Positions 24,034 to 32,000 of a stretch of 32,000 nt of DNA are shown here, piece by piece. The DNA comes from Nostoc sp. UHCC 0870. Lineage in GTDB: Bacteria; Cyanobacteriota; Cyanobacteriia; Cyanobacteriales; Nostocaceae. Below the pieces are notes generated by a model that was not told the origin of the DNA, searched no databases, and worked only from the letters and a program-made list of their open reading frames with translations. The position numbers and the translations under genes were made by a program. The DNA is taken from the NCBI RefSeq assembly GCF_022063185.1, contig NZ_CP091916.1:20136-52135 (forward strand), in the 5' to 3' direction. Each line of letters opens with the position of its first letter. Position 1 is the stretch's first letter.

Positions 24034-25908
24034 CTATTCTTTTCCTCCTTCTATAAGTAAAAACATTCTCTTTAATTGGCGACGCTTCTCGTCTATCTTC
24101 CATCTTTTTATTTTTTTAACCATCAAACAAGAAAATGTGGATACTACAGTTATGATGACAACGATAATCCAGTCGTGCGAATTAGTCTTTAAACTCTTTT
24201 TTAAATCAGTCTCTAACTCAACCAGTTTTGAATGATGTTCTCCTTGAGCTTCTTGTGCATAAAATGACAGAAATCTTAAACGGTCTCTTTGTTTTACTGG
24301 CTCTTTAAGTTGGATACCTACAAGATATGCAAACCGTCCGTGTAACCAAGCTAAATCTCTTGTTTGCATATATCCAGTCAATCCCGCTCGAAACGCTTCT
24401 GCTTCCGATCTAAGCAAATCTTGTTCAGGGCAGTTTCCTAACTTTTCTATACAACTTTGTAGGTATTTGTCCACCTCATCGTAAGCGTCCATACGCGCTT
24501 GATTCATTAAAGATGGAAGATTTTGGATAGAACGCTCTAGCTGACTATTTCCAGGAACATATCTCCAATCCGTATATTTTGCTACATAATCTCCCATCTT
24601 TAAAACTTGAATGCGGTCTCTAGGATTGTTAGCAGAAAGTTCGATTGCTTGATTTAACTTTTGTTCTGCAAGCGCTTTCTTTCCATCCCAGGTATAGATA
24701 ACTGCTAATGCTGCTTGCAATAGAGGGTCATTGGGAACTGTATAATTAAGGAACTGCTTTGCTGTCAAACCTTTTAGCTGTTCTACTTGGTTTGGATCTT
24801 CATATGCCCCTGATATAGCTTTTTGTAAAACATTGTAAGCAGTAGCCCATGCTTGGGGAGTATTAGCAGGCTGGAAGACTGAAAGGTTCAGTCTTTCCCA
24901 TTCCTTGTTAAGTTCCTTTCTACTAGCGGAAATTTCCTTCCACCAGTTTAAAATATCTGTCTTGCCTCTTTGTTGGTCATTTGTTTTGGATTCAGAAGTT
25001 TCATTGCTTATAGAAGCTACCTGAGAATAGAGATCTTCACAACTATCTGGTTTTTTACAAGCTGCTTCCAAAAGTCCCAAAGTTGCTGTTATTGAAGCAG
25101 CACGATCCAACTCCGGCAAAATGGTACGGTAGACAAGAGGACGGTCTTTTATATCCTTGATGAGCGGTAAATAAGGACGTTCCCCTAGAGATTGAGTTTC
25201 GTTATCTACCTCCAATGGAAGACCAAAAGGAGCGCGAAATAAGACTTGAGGTTTAAACTCTAGGCTTACTAATCCTTGCACTTTAGGATCGAAATACAAG
25301 TATATCTGCGGCCAGCTTGCAGGAACACTTTCCCATTGAGTGGCTAGTTTGCGATATTCAGCATCGGTCTTTAGTAATCGCAGAGCTTCTTTGTAGAAAT
25401 ATATTGGTCTTGGCTCAGGAAGTGGCACGTCAGCAAAAACAATTTCATTAGCGAACTTTATATCTGCATCATAAAGCTGATCTCCAATAAGCGTATCTCG
25501 CAACGTCTGATCAATATATCTATTATCTCTCTCCTTACTCGATACGGCTCTTTCATCTTGCGATACTTGAAAAACAAGGTTGTCGGCCTTTTCCACAATT
25601 CCAATGGCTTCCTGCACTATATCGGGACTGACTTTGACCGTTCGCTGTTCACCTTCAATCTTGACATGAAGATGCCCACCACTATAGGATATCGAGGATG
25701 ATTCTAAAAAAAGAGTACCGGATTTATTGATGTCAGCCTGTAATCCACCAATTCCAGATGAGCGTGCTGCCAAGATGGGTCTTGTGTAGGGTGACATTGC
25801 TCTCCAACTTCCTTCATCATACCAAGGATTCGAGAGTGTTTTTTGAGGGATAAGCGTACTCGCTATTAAAACAAAAGCTATCAGTCCATGAAATATATAA
25901 CGTTTCAT
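24034..25908 (-). CDS. hypothetical exported protein (624 aa) with a signal peptide and a C-terminal membrane anchor
   Basis: N-terminus MKRYIFHGLIAFVLIASTLIP and C-terminus DWIIVVIITVVSTFSCLMVKK. Its stop abuts the stop of the convergent NB-ARC gene. No family recognised. Confidence 0.7.
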   Translation of the reverse strand: MKRYIFHGLIAFVLIASTLIPQKTLSNPWYDEGSWRAMSPYTRPILAARSSGIGGLQADINKSGTLFLESSSISYSGGHLHVKIEGEQRTVKVSPDIVQEAIGIVEKADNLVFQVSQDERAVSSKERDNRYIDQTLRDTLIGDQLYDADIKFANEIVFADVPLPEPRPIYFYKEALRLLKTDAEYRKLATQWESVPASWPQIYLYFDPKVQGLVSLEFKPQVLFRAPFGLPLEVDNETQSLGERPYLPLIKDIKDRPLVYRTILPELDRAASITATLGLLEAACKKPDSCEDLYSQVASISNETSESKTNDQQRGKTDILNWWKEISASRKELNKEWERLNLSVFQPANTPQAWATAYNVLQKAISGAYEDPNQVEQLKGLTAKQFLNYTVPNDPLLQAALAVIYTWDGKKALAEQKLNQAIELSANNPRDRIQVLKMGDYVAKYTDWRYVPGNSQLERSIQNLPSLMNQARMDAYDEVDKYLQSCIEKLGNCPEQDLLRSEAEAFRAGLTGYMQTRDLAWLHGRFAYLVGIQLKEPVKQRDRLRFLSFYAQEAQGEHHSKLVELETDLKKSLKTNSHDWIIVVIITVVSTFSCLMVKKIKRWKIDEKRRQLKRMFLLIEGGKE

Positions 25909-26136
25909 TTACACTTACCAATTTAATGAGATGCTAAAAACCCTTGTTCAGTGAGGAATATATAATTTTATGCTTACTATTTTCTTTTTAATTTATTGAT
26001 AATGTTCTCAATAATTTGTTAAGGAAGCCAGTAGGCGATCACTGTTTATCTTCCTTTATTGGCGCGAAGGTTCTGATAATTATTAAGATGTAACCAATGG
26101 TTCTAAGGAAAGATTTCGAGCATTTCTTATGTCTGC

Positions 26137-26307
26137 CTACGAACCGCCAATTCCAGATGAGCGTGCTGCCAAGATGGGTTTTGTGTAAGGTGACATTGCT
26201 CTCCAACTTCCTTCATCATACGAAGGATTCGAGAGTGTTTTTTGAGGGATAAGTGTACTTGTTATAAAAATAAAAGCTATCAGCCTATGAGATAGAAAAC
26301 GGCTCAT
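26137..26307 (-). pseudogene. truncated duplicate of the 5' end of the 624-aa gene (56 codons then TAG)
   Basis: 26147-26307 aligns with 25748-25908; about 96 percent identical over the first ~105 nt and lower near the ATG. It encodes MSRFLSHRLIAFIFITSTLIPQKTLSNPSYDEGSWRAMSPYTKPILAARSSGIGGS. Confidence 0.7.
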
Positions 26308-26543
26308 ATACACCTACTATTTATTAGGGGACTGGGACTAACAGAGAACAGCCCATTAAGTTCAACGCTTTAGGATAAAAGCTACTAGACAAAATTTAGA
26401 AGCTGCACAATATTTTAAATCATATCTTGCGCCATTATTCAGTCAGAAGGAGAACCTGTATATTCTCCTTACCAAACTAAGCCTGGTAACGAAGTCTTTG
26501 AAGGTAGAGCTTCGCAACATTTGAAATTGGTGCAAGACGTGAA

Positions 26544-26777
26544 TCAATCTACTGAACCTACTTGCCTTGATTTGCAGATTGCAGCTTCTAGAATTGCAAC
26601 CTTTTTCTCAAGATTGGTTACCCTTTCAGCTAGAGGAGCATCATCAGTAGTCCCAAAGTAACTGGCCAAAGCACTAATTACAATTTCAGTCTTTGAACTG
26701 CCAATCTGAGAAACATATTCTAAAAGACGCTGATTAAGATGCTTAGGAATTCTGATCCCGAGTTGAACTGTATCCAT
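26544..26777 (-). CDS. ribbon-helix-helix protein with a C-terminal coiled coil
   Basis: VQLGIRIPKHLNQRLLEYVSQIGSSKTEIVISALASYF is a typical RHH pattern. Inverted repeats lie upstream: GCCACTT/AAGTGGC at about 26826-26843 and AAATACCAA/TTGGTATTT at about 26860-26895. Confidence 0.7.
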   Translation of the reverse strand: MDTVQLGIRIPKHLNQRLLEYVSQIGSSKTEIVISALASYFGTTDDAPLAERVTNLEKKVAILEAAICKSRQVGSVD

Positions 26778-27000
26778 GCGTTAAATAATTGCACGTTTGT
26801 CAAACAATGTCTAACAAGTTATGTGCCACTTTTTTAAGTGGCGTTACCAACCTTGGGTGAAATACCAAGAATAGGCCAAAAGTTGGTATTTACAAAGAAT
26901 CTTTCTCACTCTAAGCGTGTGCTACACCTTTGGGCTATTTCGTGGAATCAAGAGCGAAAATTATTAATTCTAGGTTGTTAGAATTTGGTGTAATCAGCAA

Positions 27001-27048
27001 TAAAAATGCTTCTACCGGGAGCAAATGACTCATTTGCTCCCGGTAGAA
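27001..27048 (-). terminator. intrinsic terminator candidate (or operator palindrome) downstream of the 709-aa recombinase gene
   Basis: Perfect 19-nt arms TTCTACCGGGAGCAAATGA (27010-27028) and TCATTTGCTCCCGGTAGAA (27030-27048). On the minus strand the hairpin is followed by GCATTTTTATT. It lies about 90 nt after the gene stop. Confidence 0.6.
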
Positions 27049-27141
27049 ATTGGCTCATGAATATAAAGAACCTGTTTGCAGGTCGAAGTGTTTCTTATTG
27101 CTGACTCCTACAGTTAGGAAGAGCTACAGTCATAGTCAGGA

Positions 27142-29271
27142 CTATGATGATTGAAGCATTTTTATCAATTCAGAACGCTGTTGATCACTCAAAGACTGAA
27201 TAGATTGAAAAATCCCCTGTAAATCAGCCGCATTCGTCATCACTGCTTCATCATCACTACCAGCATCAGGAAACAACAACTCATCAATCGCCTCCTTAAT
27301 TAACCGTCGCTTCTCGGATGGCGTACAGCGTTCATACATCGAACGCAGCGTTTCCAACGTAGAACCCATTGCATCAGCCAAAGACCGTAATTGGGCATCC
27401 GACAGCCCCACTTGGAAACCCCAAGTCGCCCAAATATAGCGCATCGTATGCGGTGTTATCCGTTTGCCAATCAGCATATGTGCCGAATTAGCAAAAAAGT
27501 TAGCAAAGGTACTATCCGTGTAACATTTGCCCACATCAGGCACAATAAAGAAATATCCCCAAGACCACATCTCTGACTTGGTATTTGTTTGCAGACAACA
27601 GGTATCTAGCGGCGTAAATTCGGCTCGCCCCGCCGTCACCCAACGTCCCCTTACCCCTTGTAACCCAGATTCCCACCAGCTATAAGTTTGGGAATTTTTA
27701 TAACTACCAGGCAGCCACCAGCCATAAAGATAGCGTTCAATATAGTCATAAACACAACTACCATCTGCAAACTGGCGATTCGGGATGATCAATGACCTGT
27801 GACCATGAAACTTGTAGGTCTTATAATCCTGAATATCCTTGACCCACACCCCTTCCTGGTAATACTTCCCTTCATAGGTATAAGTTTTGTAGATGTAATT
27901 ATCCTCCAGCGTGCCATCAGGGCGTTTCTCCCGTATAGCATTCGGGGGTAAAGGGTGATATAAACCATTCGCCTTCACATCAGCAGGTCGCACCACCGGA
28001 CAACACAGTGCTACCCTCAAATTTCTCACCTCTTGTTGGCGACGAGCTGGAGTTAATCCCAAATCCACCCAAGCTAAAAACTCCTGATGACTAATAGCTA
28101 TCTGGTGTGGCGAACGAAAATCTCCCCGATGATTGCGAGGTCGGCAGTACAATAGTAACCGCTCAATTACAGTTTCCTCTACCACTTTGAGCGCAGTCTT
28201 GCCCTCTGGCACCTGAGGCCATTTTTGCGATTGGTCAGCAACATAACGGCGATTTCGAGACCATTCTTGCGTCGCATCTGCTTCCCGCTTTAAAAGGTGA
28301 TTCACTAACTTAAATAAGGGAATGTTGTCGTAATCTGATTTATCCTCTACCACATCACGGTAGATGAACTTACCTAGAATCAGAATTGATAATAGCTTGA
28401 GATGACGAGTTCTCGGACTCGTGGAATGCATCACTGACCGTAAGAAATTGAAATACTCACAAATCCACTCTTCTAAGTAAGCCTTCTGTGCCTTCCACAG
28501 CTTTTGCTGTTGTTTGGGAGTCAATTCTTCTAGCTCTTCCTCGGTCACCAAGGGAAACATTAATGACAGTGAAACTTCGTTGTTGACTATACCTACATGG
28601 TGAGGTTTGTGCTTGAAAAACCAACCCAGACATAGCGTGATATTCTTCAAGTGTCCCTGACCCGTTGATTCTTTCACTGGTTCAGTCACTCGTCCGTGCC
28701 AATCAGCCGTGGTCATAAATCTATAGAATTGATTCAATTCGGCTTGCAATTGAGGTGGAGTTTCTTCAGGCTGGAGACGATAAGACAGTGATTTACCCTT
28801 ATCTGGCATTAACGGCGTATTAGACATAGGGCCATACTTGCTCGCCTTGGGTGGACAACACTGAGAGCGAAACTTTTCTTGATGCCGCAAATTACCCGGC
28901 CACCAACTTTCTTTTTCAGCCCAAGTCATCCATTGATTAATTCTGGCTCCATAAGTATTACGACTAGCTGGGGATACGTTCAATTTGTCAAATGCTTTCT
29001 GAATTGCTGTTCTTACCTGCGGTAATAAACTTATAGGTAATGATTGCATGAAAGCTTGAGCCGCCTCCGTTTCTGCCAGAGTCATCTTCTTTTCTGGATA
29101 CTGGCGTTGGAAACCAAATGCAATTAACAAATATCGGAAGATAGCAGTATTACTTTCATTGATAATTCTCTGCAATTGTTGAGAGGAATAAATGGCTGGT
29201 AGAGCAGCACAATAAAGTTGATAAGCTGACCACAAATTCTGAGGATTGTTGGACATAATAAATAACTCCAA
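27142..29271 (-). CDS. large atypical tyrosine recombinase-like protein (709 aa)
   Basis: C-terminal catalytic pattern: PARRQQEVRNL (Arg I), TPHTMRYIWATWG (His-x-x-Arg, Trp), LRSMYERC (Tyr). It has a long N-terminal extension. ATG 29256 (MSNNPQ), with GGAG 9 nt upstream, is the more likely start. Confidence 0.65.
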   Translation of the reverse strand: MELFIMSNNPQNLWSAYQLYCAALPAIYSSQQLQRIINESNTAIFRYLLIAFGFQRQYPEKKMTLAETEAAQAFMQSLPISLLPQVRTAIQKAFDKLNVSPASRNTYGARINQWMTWAEKESWWPGNLRHQEKFRSQCCPPKASKYGPMSNTPLMPDKGKSLSYRLQPEETPPQLQAELNQFYRFMTTADWHGRVTEPVKESTGQGHLKNITLCLGWFFKHKPHHVGIVNNEVSLSLMFPLVTEEELEELTPKQQQKLWKAQKAYLEEWICEYFNFLRSVMHSTSPRTRHLKLLSILILGKFIYRDVVEDKSDYDNIPLFKLVNHLLKREADATQEWSRNRRYVADQSQKWPQVPEGKTALKVVEETVIERLLLYCRPRNHRGDFRSPHQIAISHQEFLAWVDLGLTPARRQQEVRNLRVALCCPVVRPADVKANGLYHPLPPNAIREKRPDGTLEDNYIYKTYTYEGKYYQEGVWVKDIQDYKTYKFHGHRSLIIPNRQFADGSCVYDYIERYLYGWWLPGSYKNSQTYSWWESGLQGVRGRWVTAGRAEFTPLDTCCLQTNTKSEMWSWGYFFIVPDVGKCYTDSTFANFFANSAHMLIGKRITPHTMRYIWATWGFQVGLSDAQLRSLADAMGSTLETLRSMYERCTPSEKRRLIKEAIDELLFPDAGSDDEAVMTNAADLQGIFQSIQSLSDQQRSELIKMLQSS

Positions 29272-29297
29272 ATATCTGTTTTGAACTCAAACCATTT

Positions 29298-29321
29298 CTT
29301 AGGTCTTATGGAAGACCTAAG
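29298..29321. other. perfect 10-4-10 palindrome upstream of the 709-aa gene
   Basis: CTTAGGTCTT atgg AAGACCTAAG, 27-42 nt upstream of the candidate starts. Confidence 0.5.
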
Positions 29322-29632
29322 ATGTGATAGATTAGGCACTAGAGAAAAGTTGATTTTTTCTCATATTTATTAATCATGGGTATCCTAGTTACGGATTTAT
29401 TAGTAATCCTTTTGGCGAACAGCCAAATCTTCAATAAGACTTGTACATCTTGGTAATTAAAGATGATGAGTAGTTTTTCCTCAATCAATCTCAATAAATA
29501 AGTTGATGAAAGTAAATAAATAACAGGTCTTAAATAAATCCTGAGCATGGTTGATAACTGGTTTATTGATGAATTAACAGGGGGGAAATTTGACAAGTTT
29601 TGCAAGTTCATAGGTAAATTAGCTTTTATGTA

Positions 29633-29911
29633 TTAGCTAGAGCTATCGCTATCTACTAATTTGATTAATCCGCGCCCAATACGTTCAATCATTTCGCTCC
29701 TCGAAATTGCCCGTTCTTGACTTAGCTCATCTAATCCAGCTAAAGCAGTTTTTGTAATACCAATGCACGCACGTTTTTTGGTTTCTGAATAATGTTCTGG
29801 TTGTCCGCGTTTTGATTTTATTCCCTTACGGATAGGCTTCTTTTGATGCTCTTTTCTTGATCTTTTCTTGGTTTTGGATTTCGGCGACTTGGGGTGATTA
29901 CTATTATTCAT
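29633..29911 (-). CDS. basic-tailed ribbon-helix-helix-like DNA-binding protein (92 aa)
   Basis: Lys/Arg-rich N-terminal 45 aa, then RACIGITKTALAGLDELSQERAISRSEMIERIGRG (RHH-like). Confidence 0.55.
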   Translation of the reverse strand: MNNSNHPKSPKSKTKKRSRKEHQKKPIRKGIKSKRGQPEHYSETKKRACIGITKTALAGLDELSQERAISRSEMIERIGRGLIKLVDSDSSS

Positions 29912-30095
29912 TGGTCAGATTAGAGGGTGAATTGATTTGTTGACAGTTCCATCATCAAAAAACAATATGTAACTGTTAAGCGGCAAATTAAGGAGTAATA
30001 AAACAATCAGCCAACCAAATTTGTTTACATATTTAGTGGCTACCACAACCGGCTGTTTAAATTGCTCTTTTAGCAATCTCAACGGCAGTTAAGTA

Positions 30096-30126
30096 ATAAA
30101 AAATCAGGCTGTTAATCAGCCTGATT
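30096..30126 (-). terminator. rho-independent terminator of the 389-aa gene
   Basis: AATCAGGCTG (30102-30111) / CAGCCTGATT (30117-30126) with a 5-nt loop. On the minus strand it is followed by TTTTTTATT. It lies 58 nt after the gene stop. Confidence 0.65.
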
Positions 30127-30183
30127 GAAGAATACATGAATGTAATAAGGACGCAACAGTTTGTCGGAATCAGTTAAGAAATA

Positions 30184-31353
30184 TTAAGTCCACTGCCAAT
30201 GTATGTAACCTAATATGTCTACAACTCCTTGAACACGTTGCCGTTTTCTGGTTTTGCGCTTTTGATGTGGTTGTTCACCCACTGAAATTTCTTTTGCTCT
30301 GTAGGGTTGTTCTGCCTGCCAATAGAAATCGTCAATATAAGCTGTTTTGGCTGCTTTTAATGCTTTAGTATATTTCTCCCAAAGCTCCCCAAATTCCCAA
30401 TGCCGTGGTCGCAATGCCAAAATGAAATTACCGTACCACTGATAGTTTTTCAGAAACTTTAGGTATTTTTGGTCTTGTTGTTGATACGTTCCCTGCTCTT
30501 GCTTGTTCTTTTTCTCTTGGCTAGAGGGCTTTTTGGTTCGCTCCATCCAAGGTTTTTGTTCTAATAGATGAATACGTTTTTTCAAGAAATCCTCTTGTTC
30601 CTCGATAGACAACCACTTAGTTTCTGGAGACATTGGCTCTAGACAAGCCGGTCCTAAACTCCAACTGTCGAGGAAAGCTTGTTTTTGAATTGAGACAAAT
30701 AACTCAAATGGATTGTTCTTAAATGTCTCATCAATATTAGGTTCAACCCTTTGGCGAATGTATTGTTCTCCCTCTTTGATGAGTTGATACTCTGCTAAGT
30801 CAACGTTGGTGACGAGATCCAGATTGCGGATGCTAGTTTCTGGGAGGTATTGGGAGAATAATCCATGCTCTTCTAGAGGATTGGGAATTACACCTAAAAG
30901 TTTATGAGCAAATAGCACCCCTCTAGCTTGATAAAAATAATGGTTAGTTTTCAACCAATAACCTTGGTTCTCGTTTTTAAGTTTGACTTGTACTTGCATT
31001 GGAATTTCACCAATCGCCTTAGCGATGGTAGAAAATTCCTGTCCTTGAGGGGTATCTGGAATGTAGATTTCGACAAAGGGAATAAAACGTCTTTCAATCC
31101 GCAATAGCTCATCTTCTTCTTTGGCACGGAGTTTCCATGCATCTAATACCAATTTAATTACAGGCAATTGCCGACGCACTTGTTGTGGAGTTGGAAATAG
31201 ATATTCGGGAGTCAAGATGAGTGGCATATCTTGTAAGGCTTTTGGTCTTTTAAACGTAGACTTTAAGAGTTCATGAATTTCTTCTTCAGTCAAGTTCTTG
31301 GTTTCATAATGATTTTTGTGATAATGCATATCATCCTCATCATGTGAAACCAA
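30184..31353 (-). CDS. hypothetical 389-aa protein
   Basis: Long clean ORF. The track start is TTG 31353; ATG 31329 (MHYHKNHY) is preceded by GAGGA. It has a K/Q-rich internal linker and a basic C-terminus. No family recognised. Confidence 0.65.
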   Translation of the reverse strand: MVSHDEDDMHYHKNHYETKNLTEEEIHELLKSTFKRPKALQDMPLILTPEYLFPTPQQVRRQLPVIKLVLDAWKLRAKEEDELLRIERRFIPFVEIYIPDTPQGQEFSTIAKAIGEIPMQVQVKLKNENQGYWLKTNHYFYQARGVLFAHKLLGVIPNPLEEHGLFSQYLPETSIRNLDLVTNVDLAEYQLIKEGEQYIRQRVEPNIDETFKNNPFELFVSIQKQAFLDSWSLGPACLEPMSPETKWLSIEEQEDFLKKRIHLLEQKPWMERTKKPSSQEKKNKQEQGTYQQQDQKYLKFLKNYQWYGNFILALRPRHWEFGELWEKYTKALKAAKTAYIDDFYWQAEQPYRAKEISVGEQPHQKRKTRKRQRVQGVVDILGYIHWQWT

Positions 31354-31584
31354 TTATTCTATCTGGGGAGATCCAAAAAATAAAATGGCCTGTAGCGAAC
31401 TATTTTTCCAGTGGCTATTGTAGTGCTTATGTATTTTATTGGTAGTAAATTTTGATGGCTGTGAGCGTAAATTCAATTTTGTAAAAAAAAACTTGTTCGT
31501 GAATTATTGCGTACTGTGCGTCAGAAAAAGATGGATTCCAGAGTTTAGGAGTTTATAAGCGTGTTTAATTTGATTGGCTAAAAA

Positions 31585-31760
31585 CCGGGAGATTTGAGAG
31601 AAGTTTTGGTAACTGTTGGGATTTATTGGGGATTTGGGAGTTAATGATAATATCTATTAATTATCTTCTACACTTAGTTAAAAAAGTCACAAAAGAATTG
31701 GGATTTTGGGGTTTAGTTGGGGGGAATATTGGGTGTAATTGGTGAGTCTGAGGATTTAGC
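31585..31760. repeat. cluster of G-tract/T-tract repeats (TTGGGATTT-like), iteron-like
   Basis: TTGGGATTT 31616-31624, TTGGGGATTT 31626-31635 and TTGGGATTTT 31698-31707. Variants: GGGAGATTT, GGGGTTTAG, TTGGGGGGAAT, TTGGGTGTAA, GAGGATTTAG. A very AT-rich stretch follows at 31770-31900. Confidence 0.45.
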
Positions 31761-32000
31761 ATCAACTGCATAAATGAACAAATAAAAGCACAATTGTAAT
31801 TATTATTAAATGCTGAAACTATTGCCTGATAAGAGTTTTATTTTGTTGAAAGGAATTGTTAATTAGATGTCAAAAAAATGAGGAAAATTTTTTTGTGGAT
31901 TTAATGTTGAGTGTTGGTTCTGTTTCAAGTGGAATACAAGGCGTTCACTTTGTTTATGATCTTGAAGATGAACTTTCTACTGCACACCTTGTGATCATCA

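Noticed and set aside
24017-24235. Plus-strand 72-aa ORF
   Set aside because: It is antisense to the 3' end of the 624-aa gene and is an AT-rich, Phe/Ile/Ser-rich shadow frame.
29124-29611. Minus-strand ORFs 29124..29339 and 29339..29611
   Set aside because: The first overlaps the 5' end of the 709-aa gene out of frame. The second lies in very AT-rich spacer DNA, with Leu/Ile/Asn/Lys-rich low-complexity translation and no start context.
31904-32000. Open frame from ATG 31904 to the window edge (MLSVGSVSSGIQGVHFVYDLEDELSTAHLVII...)
   Set aside because: Only 32 codons are visible, with no motif and no RBS I can point to. This is too little to call a gene.

Overview
Plasmid-like accessory DNA, probably from a filamentous Nostoc/Anabaena-type cyanobacterium. 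Support for that origin: 10 exact HIP1 palindromes (GCGATCGC) counted by eye, a nucA/nuiA nuclease-inhibitor pair, and Uma2, DUF433, pentapeptide and NB-ARC/TPR genes. Left to right: (1) the 3' end of hsdR, then a minus-strand Uma2 gene plus a small ORF. (2) A consensus promoter driving hsdM - Uma2 - DUF433 - antitoxin/vapC - hsdS, i.e. a type I R-M operon with a nuclease and a toxin-antitoxin pair embedded in it. (3) An AAAAAGCTAA repeat array, parA and an RHH-like partner (partition locus). (4) nuiA/nucA. (5) A DUF4365-like PD-(D/E)xK gene translationally coupled to an unknown partner, then a zinc-ribbon ORF. (6) A 13-6-13 inverted-repeat core site directly in front of a tyrosine recombinase. 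(7) A pentapeptide-repeat protein. (8) Six minus-strand ORFans. (9) A small RHH gene and a 910-aa Toprim/P4-type primase-helicase replication protein, flanked by structured repeats and carrying an internal heptamer array. (10) An NB-ARC/TPR STAND (NLR-like) gene separated from its N-terminal module by a single in-frame TGA. (11) A secreted/anchored 624-aa protein with a duplicated 5' fragment. (12) More RHH genes, a 709-aa atypical tyrosine recombinase, a 389-aa ORFan and a G-rich iteron-like array. I saw no rRNA, tRNA, CRISPR array or transposase. All family calls come from reading the translated ORFs and from memory of the families; no searches were run.
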